Shown: positions 44,124 to 53,263 of the stretch, piece after piece
Layout of the letters: every line of letters starts with the position of its first letter
Numbering within the stretch: the stretch's first letter is position 1
Assembly: GCA_963789395.1 (NCBI GenBank)
Contig: CAWBKP010000014.1
Location: 96,001 to 160,000, forward strand
Reading direction: 5' to 3'
Source of the DNA: an uncultured delta proteobacterium
GTDB taxonomy: Bacteria; Desulfobacterota; Desulfobacteria; Desulfobacterales; Desulfatirhabdiaceae
Length of the DNA stretch: 64,000 nucleotides
Made by a program: the position numbers and the translations under genes
The notes under the pieces: generated by a model
Told to the model about the DNA's origin: nothing
Seen by the model: only the letters and a program-made list of their open reading frames with translations
The model's database searches: none

Positions 44124-44133
44124 AACAGCGGAG

Positions 44134-45616
44134 ATGACAATGCCACGCAGCCGTTTCAAAATAAAATATTCCGTGTTCATCGTTTTAGCTCTGGGGATTT
44201 CGCTGGGAATGTCTCGTTATCTATTTTCCAGTTCTTCTGCTCTGGAAAATCGCGCACTATCCACCGCGCCGGCAACCGGCATACAGCCGGCGTTTGATCT
44301 GAGCACCGCCATCACCGGCGTTGCCAAAGAGAACATTCCGTCGGTTGTCCATATCGAGGTTACCCAGCGGCAGGAAATCAGCAATCCCCTGATGCCATTT
44401 GAGAACGACCCTTTATTTCGCTATTTTTTCAACGCCCCCAGGCAACTGCCCAAAAAATTCAAACAGGAGCAGAAAGGAATCGGATCGGGAATGCTCATCG
44501 ATCCCGAAGGCCACATTCTGACCAACAATCACGTGGTTGCCGGCGCCAGCCTGATTGAAGTGCTGCTGACGGACGGCAACCGTTACACGGCCAAAGTCAT
44601 TGGCGTGGACCCGAAAACCGATCTTGCCGTCATACAGATCAAGGCGGACGGGACCCTGCCCCATGTGACCTTCGGTGACTCCGATAAAATGGAAGTCGGC
44701 AACTGGGTCGTCGCCATCGGCCATCCCCGGGGCCTGGACCAGACCGTCACGCATGGCATTATCAGCGCCAAACACCGCCGGGGCATTCTTGATCCAAACA
44801 GCTACCAGGACTATCTGCAAACGGACGCCGCCATCAATCCCGGCAACAGCGGCGGTCCCCTGCTGAATCTTGAAGGAAAGGTGATCGGTGTTAATGCCGC
44901 TATTTTTTCCGAATCCGGAGGGTTTGAAGGTATCGGTTTTGCCATCCCCAGCAACATGGCTGTCTACATTGCCCAGGCCCTGATCAACCATGGCAAGGTG
45001 GAGCGCGGTTGGCTGGGGATAACGATTCAGGAGTTGACGCCGGATGTCGATCAAAGCGATGAAACTGAGTATTTCCAAAGGCGCACTCATAGCAGACGTG
45101 ATCAAGGGGGGACCGGCCGATACCGCCGGTATCCAGAAAGGCGATGTGGTGACGGCTTATCAGGGAAAGGAAATACCAGACGGATCAGCCCTGCAAAGCG
45201 ATGTCGCCAATACGGCGATCGGCCAGGAAGTATCGCTGACGGTGTTTCGGGACGGCAAAACACGGGATCTTACGGTAAAAATCGAAAACCTTGAAAATGC
45301 GGTTAAAAAAATGGCCCTTTCATTGAAAGGTCGTCTCGGTGGGATGGTGCGGCCGGTTACCGCGAAAGAAGCCAAAAAATATGGCCTGGAAGAAACACAG
45401 GGCGTTGTCATCGCCTCGCTTCAAAAAGGCGGCAGCCTGGCCAAGGCCGGATTTGAAGTAAACGATATCATTCTGTCCATCGACGATCAGCCTGTGAGTG
45501 ATGAACAAAGTTATGTCAATCTGCTTGAAACACTGAAACCGCGGCAGACAATCGAGATATTGGCACTCGATCACAACTCCGGCCAAACCGCCTATGTCCA
45601 GGTAAAGGTCCGATAG
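44134..45616 (+). CDS. HtrA/DegP(Do) serine protease with two PDZ domains, frameshift near 45045
   Basis: TNNHV, TDLAV and QTDAAINPGNSGG; the PDZ domains continue in ORF 45044..45616. Confidence 0.9.
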
Positions 45617-45654
45617 GAAAACATGGGCAACTCTTTAACTAAACGACTGTATCC

Positions 45655-46584
45655 TTATCTTGTCGCCTTATAAACCTTGCTCTGTACTGCTTCCTCAAGT
45701 GCAGCCAGAGCCTCCTGGCACAGAACTGTAACGTTGCGTTTCTGATCCAGGGACAAAGATAGAGAGAGGACATTGCTGTTCTGTCGCGACAATTTCATTA
45801 CTTCCGTATTGATCCGCCAGAACTCGGCATAGGCAGATTTCGCCGCTTCAATCTGCGGCTTGCTTTTCGGATTCATCAAAAACGACAGGGCGTCCAATGA
45901 CCGACTGATCAGTGCATCCTGTGTTTGAATCGTTGTCTCGATCTCGTCCATTTTCTCCGGCCGGCTTTCGGCAATATGGGGGGATTGCAGCGCAAGAATT
46001 TTAAGCGCGGCAATCAGCGACCGCTGCGTCAATCTGATAATTCTGCAGGCGGTGTCTTTTGAATCGTCGCTGTTCATCAGGGCATAAAGGGCCCTCTCCA
46101 ATTGTTTGAGCGCTGTCTGCGCAGAATCATACGAGAGCGCGTATGCCTTCAGGTTCGTGTTCAGGACGGACAATGGCAACAGTTCCTGGTCAATCTGCCG
46201 GAACCGCTCCCAGCAGGTGCTAAACTCCCGATAAAGATCCACTTCCCGTCCCGTTTTTTCCGATTCAATCAATGCGCCAAGTTCCAGGCTGGCATCTTCT
46301 ACGGCAGTGGAAAGCTGCTGGGCCCGATCGGCATATGCACGGGAAGCCTCATCGGTTTCCGCCAGGACTGCACTTTTTTCCGCTTCGACAGATGCGTTCA
46401 GGTTTACCCGCATCTCGGACACCAGCCGGATTTTTTTAACATCTTTGACATAGACCGGTTCAAAAATAATACCCGCCATTAACGGCTTCAAGTATACAAT
46501 CCATGCGGCATAACCCAAAGCTGCAACCAGCGCGACAGCAACAAGCCAGGTTCCAATTCTTTTGCCCGAATGTTTCGTATTCAT
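45655..46584 (-). CDS. Membrane-anchored protein with tandem four-helix-bundle (MCP-like) sensory domains and no output domain
   Basis: One N-terminal TM, then two helical repeats ending FRQIDQELLPLSVLNTN and FWRINTEVMKLSRQNSN. Confidence 0.7.
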   Translation of the reverse strand: MNTKHSGKRIGTWLVAVALVAALGYAAWIVYLKPLMAGIIFEPVYVKDVKKIRLVSEMRVNLNASVEAEKSAVLAETDEASRAYADRAQQLSTAVEDASLELGALIESEKTGREVDLYREFSTCWERFRQIDQELLPLSVLNTNLKAYALSYDSAQTALKQLERALYALMNSDDSKDTACRIIRLTQRSLIAALKILALQSPHIAESRPEKMDEIETTIQTQDALISRSLDALSFLMNPKSKPQIEAAKSAYAEFWRINTEVMKLSRQNSNVLSLSLSLDQKRNVTVLCQEALAALEEAVQSKVYKATR

Positions 46585-46706
46585 ATCCTGTTATCCTCTG
46601 TTTGTTTTGACAGCCGATGTTATAGGTCGGTTAACATGAGAATCACGATTTGAACTTGAAGACTACCATACCCATCTTGCCTGAAAAAGCCAATGCGTAA
46701 TTTTAT

Positions 46707-48689
46707 CTATGTTCTCATCCGTATCGGCAGGATAACGGTGGTAATCCCATCCCACTGCAGATGCCGCTGGATGGAAAAGGCTGCCTCGTTGTGCAGCATT
46801 CTATGATAGAATTTTTCCAGACGGAAAGTGATCTGCCCGGTGAATACTGTGGATCGGGGGTACTCTGCTACAATTGCCCTGCACAGATTAATGGCACTTT
46901 CCACCACATCCGTTCCCACTGCCAGACGATAGTCGGCGGCAAAACCCAGTTTTCTGGCTATATCCACATATTTTTCAAGTCCTTCGATTACCGATTGTTC
47001 TAATAACACGACTTCTTCAGCTCCCTTGAACGAACCGGAATCAACGACAGCCACGGATACAAAAATGATGTTTTTGTAGATTTTGGGAAAAGTGGTGAGA
47101 ATGGACAGCAGGGTGTGAACGCCAAACCCGCTGTATCCTGAAACCAGTTGAATGGCTGTCCGATCTTTTTTGTTCAGTGGGGCGTTGTTGGGCGGACCGG
47201 ATACGGGAAAGTTCAGCAGCGTCTTGTCAAGCTCCGCAACGCCGCTTCGTACGGCCTGGTAATGATTTCGAATCAGATAGCAGACACCAATGACAACAGA
47301 GGTGATCAGAAGCGTCATCCAGCCGCCTTCCATAAACTTCTCCACGGTGGTGATCACCAGAATGGTGGCGCAAAGGGCCAGCCCGACGAGATGAACGCTT
47401 AAATGCCGCATCCATCTGGCATCTTCCTTTCGTCGCCGGATGTAGAACCGGGACATTCCCAGCTGGGAAAGGGAAAATGTCACAAAGACGTTGATGGAAT
47501 ACATGATCACCAGGGCCGATACCGAACCGTGCGTATAGATCAACAAGGCTATGGCAGATGCTCCCATCAGAACGATGCCGTTTCGCATGGTGAGCCGCTC
47601 GGACAGGGCTGCAAACCGGTGGGGAAACCAGGAATCCACCGCCATGTTCGCCATCACCCTGGGTCCATCCACAAATCCGGTCTGGGCCGCAACCAGCAGC
47701 AATGCCCCTTCGGAAAAAATCGTGATAAACGCGATCGAATTTCCCAATCCCCAGTCGGCAAACAGGTGGTTGGCAATCACGGCATTCAGCGTCTTGCCTT
47801 CCACAGGCTTTACATCCAGAAGCGCATAGCACAGAAACAGCACCCCGGCGGTGAAGGCAAGTGAGCCCGCCATATAGGCCATTGTCCGCTTGCCGGTCTG
47901 CACCCGAGGCTCCCGCATGATCTGCATGCCGTTGGAAACCGCCTCGATGCCGGTATAGGTTCCGCCCCCCAGTGAATACGCCCGCAGGAACAGCATCAGC
48001 ATGCCGATAAAGCCGATGGTGGAAACATCCTGCCGAATGCCGGCCTGAAAACTGCTCGCCAGAGGAGCAAAGCGATCGGTATGGGTAAAGATGCCATCAA
48101 GCAGCATCACGAGATGGGTGACGATAAAGACGATAAAAATCGGTGCCATGACCACGATGGATTCCTTAACACCCCGAATGTTCAAAATAATCAGCATCAC
48201 ACACAGGGAACAGGCGACGATAACCTTATAGTGGTGAAAACTCATCGGCAGATAGCTGAAAAGCGCATCCACGCAGGCGGCAATGGATATGGTAATGGTC
48301 AGCACATAATCCACCAGAAGGGCGCTGCCGGAAATGACCCCGGCCTTTTCTCCCAGCATGTGGGTGGCAACAATATACCCGCCGCCGCCATGCGGAAAAT
48401 GCTCGATGATCCGGGAATACGCATATGAAATGATAAAAACCGTAAGGGCCGTCGCCAGACCCAGTAGAATTGCCAGATACGTATGGGTTCCCAGGGCGCG
48501 ATAGGCTTCTTCGGGACCGTATGAAGAAGAAGACAGCCCGTCAGCGCCGAGCCCTATCCAGGCCAGCACCGGAATCAGCGACATTTTGTGAAAAATATGG
48601 GGGTCTTTTACCTGCTTGGGCGCACCGATAATTGCGTGCAGGATTTTTTGGGTGACATTTTCTTGCCCTTGGTTGGTATTTGAAGCCAT
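46707..48689 (-). CDS. APC-family permease, KimA/YdaO-like K+ transporter
   Basis: ADGLSSSSYG, GGGGY, TGIEAVSNG, about 12 TMs and a cytoplasmic C-domain; preceded by a ydaO riboswitch. Confidence 0.85.
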   Translation of the reverse strand: MASNTNQGQENVTQKILHAIIGAPKQVKDPHIFHKMSLIPVLAWIGLGADGLSSSSYGPEEAYRALGTHTYLAILLGLATALTVFIISYAYSRIIEHFPHGGGGYIVATHMLGEKAGVISGSALLVDYVLTITISIAACVDALFSYLPMSFHHYKVIVACSLCVMLIILNIRGVKESIVVMAPIFIVFIVTHLVMLLDGIFTHTDRFAPLASSFQAGIRQDVSTIGFIGMLMLFLRAYSLGGGTYTGIEAVSNGMQIMREPRVQTGKRTMAYMAGSLAFTAGVLFLCYALLDVKPVEGKTLNAVIANHLFADWGLGNSIAFITIFSEGALLLVAAQTGFVDGPRVMANMAVDSWFPHRFAALSERLTMRNGIVLMGASAIALLIYTHGSVSALVIMYSINVFVTFSLSQLGMSRFYIRRRKEDARWMRHLSVHLVGLALCATILVITTVEKFMEGGWMTLLITSVVIGVCYLIRNHYQAVRSGVAELDKTLLNFPVSGPPNNAPLNKKDRTAIQLVSGYSGFGVHTLLSILTTFPKIYKNIIFVSVAVVDSGSFKGAEEVVLLEQSVIEGLEKYVDIARKLGFAADYRLAVGTDVVESAINLCRAIVAEYPRSTVFTGQITFRLEKFYHRMLHNEAAFSIQRHLQWDGITTVILPIRMRT

Positions 48690-48731
48690 ACATTCTCCTC
48701 AACTTACTGTTGATTCACCGGGCTTATACGC

Positions 48732-48764
48732 AAAAAAGCCGTCGGTGCAAAACCGGCGGCTTTT
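48732..48764 (-). terminator. Riboswitch expression-platform terminator
   Basis: aaaagccgccggttttgcaccgacggctttttt on the minus strand. Confidence 0.8.
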
Positions 48765-48777
48765 CAAATCGCTGTCA

Positions 48778-48905
48778 GTTGCCCTTTCAATTGCCGACGG
48801 AGTTAGCTGTCGGGCTCGGGCCTGAAAGTGCCCTATCCAAAGAAGGAATTCGCCCCAAAAACCTGGGTCCCCCGCATCCTTTCTCAGAACGGATCTAGGC
48901 TGCAT
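48778..48905 (-). ncRNA. c-di-AMP (ydaO/yuaA) riboswitch
   Basis: Minus strand has the hallmark segments gcgggggaccca..tggggcgaat..tagggc..cccgagcccgacagctaactccgtcggc; a TTGACA-N16-TAGAAT promoter lies at 48923-48950. Ends are approximate. Confidence 0.88.
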
Positions 48906-49081
48906 ATTGTGAATATTGTCGGATTCTATCCTTTTTGATTTCCCTGTCAAGTAAATGTTGTCATCTGCGCCGAAACCAGCTGCGCATGATAAGAAATTGC
49001 TTTTCACAGGTTTCTGAGATAGCATGTTCTTTACAGTAATATGATGGGATGAATAATCAGACAGATCATTGGCGAACCGAA

Positions 49082-50515
49082 ATGGCAAATCCACATCAGA
49101 AAACAGATCATCATCCGGCAAGAATTGCCGGTCTTTTCGACCATCCGCTGACTTTCCCCTCTTTTCTGGATAAAATCCCGCTGGGACTGGCCGTACTCAA
49201 TACAAACCGGCAGATCGTTCTCATCAATCGGACCCTTGAAGGCCTTACCGGCTATATCAGACAGGAAATCAAGGGAATACCCTGCGCCTATATTCTTCGA
49301 AGCAATGTCTGCCAGGAGAATTGTCCGGCGCTTACCCTTCAGGATTCAGCCGATGCCGTCTGCATGGAAGCCAATATCATCAACCGGGATCGCCAGAAAA
49401 TTCCCGTTCGCATCACTTTTTCCGCCATCCGGGACAGTGACGGCCGGACCCTGGGATATCTGGAGGCCGTGGAAGATATCCGTCTTTTAAAATCCCTCAA
49501 CGGAAAAACAGAGCAGGCCTATGCATTTGGTCAAGTCATCGGACGCAGCCCTCAAATGGAAAGGATTTTTCGTGTCCTTCCGGTGATTGCCCAATCGGAT
49601 TCCTCCGTGCTGATCACCGGGGAGACAGGCACGGGAAAAGATTTTGTGGCAGAGGCCATCCATCAGGGATCGCATCGGGGAAAAAACCCATTTATCAAGG
49701 TGAATTGCGGGGCACTGCCCGAAACCCTGCTTGAATCCGAACTTTTCGGTCACCAAAAAGGGGCCTTCACCGGCGCGTTTGAAAACAAACCCGGAAGATT
49801 TCGCCTGGCGCACAACGGCACCCTGTATCTGACCGAGATCGGCGATCTGCCACTTTCTCTTCAGGTAAAGCTCCTGACATTCCTGGACGACATGGTCGTC
49901 TTCCCTCTGGGAGGCACCAAGGGCTTCCAGGTGAATGTCCGCGTGATTGCCGCCACCCACCGGAATCTGGGCTTGATGGTCCGGGAAGGCCGATTCCGGG
50001 AAGATCTTTTGTTCAGACTGAACGTGGTACGTCTGCATCTGCCGCCTGTCCGGGAACGGGGAGATGACATCCGTCTGCTGCTCGACCATTTCATGCGCTC
50101 CTATCTGACGCGATTAAAAAAACCCATCAAGGGATTTTCCGCCAAGGCGCTTCGTCTGCTTCTGGATTTCACCTATCCCGGCAATGTTCGGGAGCTCCGA
50201 AACATTGTTGAATACGCCGTCAATATCTGCGAAGAAGATCAGATTCTGCTGAAGCACCTGCCGGCCTACCTGACCGACCCCATTGCCAGAGATTGGGACA
50301 GAGAGGAAGAAAAAAAAGAAATTCAACCTCTCTGGAGCTCGGAACCCAAACACAGAGAAACCGCCAGTGACTGGGCATCAGCGGAAAAAACGATGATCAT
50401 GGACGCATTGTTGAAGGCCAGGGGAAGCCGAAGTAAGGCTGCCGAGAGCCTGGGGTGGGGAAGAAGCACGCTCTGGAGAAAAATGAAAAATTATGGGCTG
50501 GCGCGCTCAGCATGA
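49082..50515 (+). CDS. sigma54-dependent activator with PAS domain (CX8CX3C), OrpR-like
   Basis: CAYILRSNVCQENC, GETGTGKD, ESELFGHQKGAFTGA, PGNVREL and a Fis-type HTH. Confidence 0.92.
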   Translation: MANPHQKTDHHPARIAGLFDHPLTFPSFLDKIPLGLAVLNTNRQIVLINRTLEGLTGYIRQEIKGIPCAYILRSNVCQENCPALTLQDSADAVCMEANIINRDRQKIPVRITFSAIRDSDGRTLGYLEAVEDIRLLKSLNGKTEQAYAFGQVIGRSPQMERIFRVLPVIAQSDSSVLITGETGTGKDFVAEAIHQGSHRGKNPFIKVNCGALPETLLESELFGHQKGAFTGAFENKPGRFRLAHNGTLYLTEIGDLPLSLQVKLLTFLDDMVVFPLGGTKGFQVNVRVIAATHRNLGLMVREGRFREDLLFRLNVVRLHLPPVRERGDDIRLLLDHFMRSYLTRLKKPIKGFSAKALRLLLDFTYPGNVRELRNIVEYAVNICEEDQILLKHLPAYLTDPIARDWDREEEKKEIQPLWSSEPKHRETASDWASAEKTMIMDALLKARGSRSKAAESLGWGRSTLWRKMKNYGLARSA

Positions 50516-50541
50516 ACAGTGTTCTCAAAAGGCTTTGACGA

Positions 50542-50883
50542 ATGCAAAAAAAAGTGTTGATTTGCCTGTACGGAAACAATGTGGCGCCCCGGTTTGATCT
50601 GACAACCGAAGTATTCATTGCTTCCTTTGGACCGGAGAACCGGATCGAGGATGAAAATACCGTGGTGCTGCCTCGGGCTTCGGCAGAGGAACTGTGCCAT
50701 ATGATTCTTTCCGCGGATATTCAGACGGTCATCTGTGGTGGCATTGAAGAAGAATACTATCAGTATCTTACATGGAAACGGATCCATGTATTCGACTCTG
50801 TGATCGGCGCCTGTGATCGGGTGCTCGAGTATTACGCAAAAGGGATGCTTCAGTCTGGAGCCATTTTGTATGACCCGCGATAG
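50542..50883 (+). CDS. NifB/NifX (Nitro_FeMo-Co) family small protein
   Basis: VAPRFD and VICGGI motifs. Confidence 0.75.
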   Translation: MQKKVLICLYGNNVAPRFDLTTEVFIASFGPENRIEDENTVVLPRASAEELCHMILSADIQTVICGGIEEEYYQYLTWKRIHVFDSVIGACDRVLEYYAKGMLQSGAILYDPR

Positions 50884-50940
50884 ACAGCACCGCACAGCGG
50901 CGCCATTTCACTTTTTCATGCACGGTAATGGTGAGACAAC

Positions 50941-51297
50941 ATGAAAAAGCTGAGCGTTCTGCTCGTCGATGATGAAAATGAATTCGTAACCACGCTGGCC
51001 GAAAGATTATCCCTCAGGGGAATGGCTGTCAGAACCGCTGTCAGCGGGGAAGAAGCGCTGCGCATGATCGACGCGGAACAACCGCAGGCAGTGGTTCTGG
51101 ATGTCCGGATGCCGGATATCAGCGGAATGGTGGTTCTTCAGCAAATCAAGGCCCGATATCCACAGATCCGGGTCCTACTGCTGAGCGCCCATGGCTCCAC
51201 CCGAGACGGGATAGAAGGGATGCGCCTGGGTGCCATGGATTATCTGATAAAGCCGGTTAACATCGATGAGCTTGTCTTGAAACTGAGCAATATGTAG
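50941..51297 (+). CDS. Single-domain response regulator
   Basis: LLVDDE, LDVRMP and YLIKP. Confidence 0.9.
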   Translation: MKKLSVLLVDDENEFVTTLAERLSLRGMAVRTAVSGEEALRMIDAEQPQAVVLDVRMPDISGMVVLQQIKARYPQIRVLLLSAHGSTRDGIEGMRLGAMDYLIKPVNIDELVLKLSNM

Positions 51298-51324
51298 TGC
51301 CTGAACGGGCTTTCCGTTCAGGCA
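51298..51324 (+). terminator. Stem-loop after the response regulator
   Basis: tgcctgaacgg-gcttt-ccgttcaggca. Confidence 0.55.
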
Positions 51325-51374
51325 AAATTCCAATATCAAATTCCGAAACAAATTCAGAATTCTAATATTCAAAT
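51325..51374 (+). repeat. AT-rich dispersed repeat, copy B
   Basis: aaattccaatatcaaattccgaaacaaattcagaattctaatattcaaat, homologous to 704..752. Confidence 0.7.
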
Positions 51375-51405
51375 GATTTCCACCGACTGAACCAAAATAT
51401 TTATT

Positions 51406-51459
51406 ATGGTTCAATATGTTTCATTATGTCTTGATTTCAAATGGTTCAATATGTTTCAT
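51406..51459 (+). promoter_or_regulatory. 19-bp direct repeat, candidate enhancer (UAS)
   Basis: ATGGTTCAATATGTTTCAT at 51406 and 51441, upstream of a sigma54 promoter. Confidence 0.6.
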
Positions 51460-51529
51460 ATTGGCGCATATTATTATTTATCTCCTGCCGAATTTTATCA
51501 ACATCCCGCAATCATTATAAATGCCAGCA

Positions 51530-51545
51530 TGGCATAGTCCTTGCT
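51530..51545 (+). promoter_or_regulatory. sigma54 -24/-12 promoter, copy 1
   Basis: TGGCAT-AGTCC-TTGCT. Confidence 0.8.
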
Positions 51546-51643
51546 ATTGTGTACTGAAGAAATTTTACACAAGCATCCTTTTTCATGGGGAATGTTCGTC
51601 GGCGCATTGCTTTGTGATGCGCCTGTTGCATGGAGTTGATGGT

Positions 51644-52084
51644 TTGCCGGATTCAATAACAAGACTGCTGATTGTTGAAATTGATGATGCCTTTCGCCGG
51701 CATCTTGCCGAGCGCCTGCGCATGGAAAAGTTCAAGGTTTACGAGGCCTGCCAGGAGACTGAAGCCAAACAGATTCTGCAACGCAAAATCATCGATGTGG
51801 TGCTACTGGGAATGCGGGAATTCAAACATGGCGGGGTGACGATGCTGAAAGCCATCAAAGAATTGAAACCCCTTACCGAAGTAATTCTCATGACTCCTGC
51901 CGAAGCCATATCACTGTATGCCTCCATCCAGGCCATGAAACTGGGCGCTTTTGATGAACTCCACATCCCCTTTGACATGAGAAAACTGACTGAGCGGATA
52001 TCCGCGGCACGTCTACGAAAATTCAAAAGAGAAAATGCAAAAAAGACGGGCATTCAAAATAATCCGCAGGGTTCGGATGCATGA
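51644..52084 (+). CDS. Atypical receiver-domain protein lacking the phosphoacceptor Asp
   Basis: LLIVEIDD, VVLLGM (Gly at the Asp position) and AMKLGAFDEL. The start is uncertain but must lie after the sigma54 promoter. Confidence 0.75.
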   Translation: MPDSITRLLIVEIDDAFRRHLAERLRMEKFKVYEACQETEAKQILQRKIIDVVLLGMREFKHGGVTMLKAIKELKPLTEVILMTPAEAISLYASIQAMKLGAFDELHIPFDMRKLTERISAARLRKFKRENAKKTGIQNNPQGSDA

Positions 52085-52127
52085 TAATAACCGTTTTGGA
52101 TATCTATAAAATCAAGGAGATGACTGC

Positions 52128-52565
52128 ATGAAGATACGCGTGTTGCTGGTAGACGACGAAAAGGATTTTATCGATGTGCTTGCCGAGCGTTTGGAGGCCA
52201 GAGACTTTAGTACTTTCAAAGCGTATTCGGGAGATGAGGCATTGGAGTTAATCAGGGGAAAAAATGTGGACGTGGACGTGGTTGTCCTGGATGTCCAGAT
52301 GCCTGTAAAAGACGGCGTGACCGTGCTTCGGGAAATCAAAGCATTCAACCCCCTGATCGAAGTCATCATGCTCACCGGCCATTCCACAGTGGAATCCGCC
52401 GTTGGAGGCATGAAGATCGGAGCCTACGACTACCTCTTGAAACCGACGGAAACAAAGGATCTGGTAGAGAAAATCGTGCTGGCTTACAAGCGCAAGTCAG
52501 AGCATGAAAATCGCATCCGGCAGGCGGAAATCGAACGGATTCTGGCCCGAAAGGGCTGGGCCTGA
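52128..52565 (+). CDS. Single-domain response regulator, copy 1
   Basis: LLVDDE, LDVQMP, MLTGH and YLLKP. Confidence 0.92.
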   Translation: MKIRVLLVDDEKDFIDVLAERLEARDFSTFKAYSGDEALELIRGKNVDVDVVVLDVQMPVKDGVTVLREIKAFNPLIEVIMLTGHSTVESAVGGMKIGAYDYLLKPTETKDLVEKIVLAYKRKSEHENRIRQAEIERILARKGWA

Positions 52566-52601
52566 TATTTTTACTGATATCGAAATGATTGGAGAGGGAA
52601 T

Positions 52602-53156
52602 ATGCAATCAACGAAAGTTAAGGACTTGATGGTGCCGCTTGCCGAGTATGCAACGGTTTCCGAAGACGCCTCGCTGAACGAGGCGATCCTGGCGCTGGAA
52701 GAAGCCCAGAAAAATGTGGAACAAGGCCGTGAAAAGCACCGGGCCATTCTGGTTCTCGATAAAAACCAGCATGTTGTGGGTAAGTTGACCCAGTGGGATG
52801 TGAGTGCCGGGATCGAGCCGAAATACCTGGCCATCGAAAACTTCACGGAAACAACGCGGATGGGATTCGGCCCGGAATATCTCCGCTCGATGATGAAGGA
52901 TTTCGGACTCTGGCGAAAGCCGCTGGAGGATCTCTGCCGCAAAGCATCGGAGATACGCGTCAAAAACATCATGAGCAAACCCGCGCCAGGGGAATATATC
53001 GATGAAGATGCCTCTCTGGATGAGGCCATTCACCTGCTGGTCATGGGGCGTCATCAGTCACTGCTCGTCAAAAAAAATAACAGCATTTCCGGTGTTCTGA
53101 GAATGAGCGATGTGTTCAAGGGGATCTGCGACAAGGTTAAAACCTGCAACATCTGA
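52602..53156 (+). CDS. CBS-domain protein, copy 1
   Basis: VKDLM..ASLNEAI and VKNIM..ASLDEAI..GVLRMSDV. Confidence 0.88.
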   Translation: MQSTKVKDLMVPLAEYATVSEDASLNEAILALEEAQKNVEQGREKHRAILVLDKNQHVVGKLTQWDVSAGIEPKYLAIENFTETTRMGFGPEYLRSMMKDFGLWRKPLEDLCRKASEIRVKNIMSKPAPGEYIDEDASLDEAIHLLVMGRHQSLLVKKNNSISGVLRMSDVFKGICDKVKTCNI

Positions 53157-53263
53157 ACGGGAATTGCTTTGCGCGCGGGCAAGGAACTTATTGAAGACAA
53201 GACGCTGATGAAACTTAAAGAAGATGAAATATATTTTTCGTCACTAATCACAAGGAGTGTTTT

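Noticed and set aside
51325..51460. CRISPR-like repeats
   Set aside because: There are only two 19-bp copies with a 16-bp gap and no cas genes. An enhancer explains them better.
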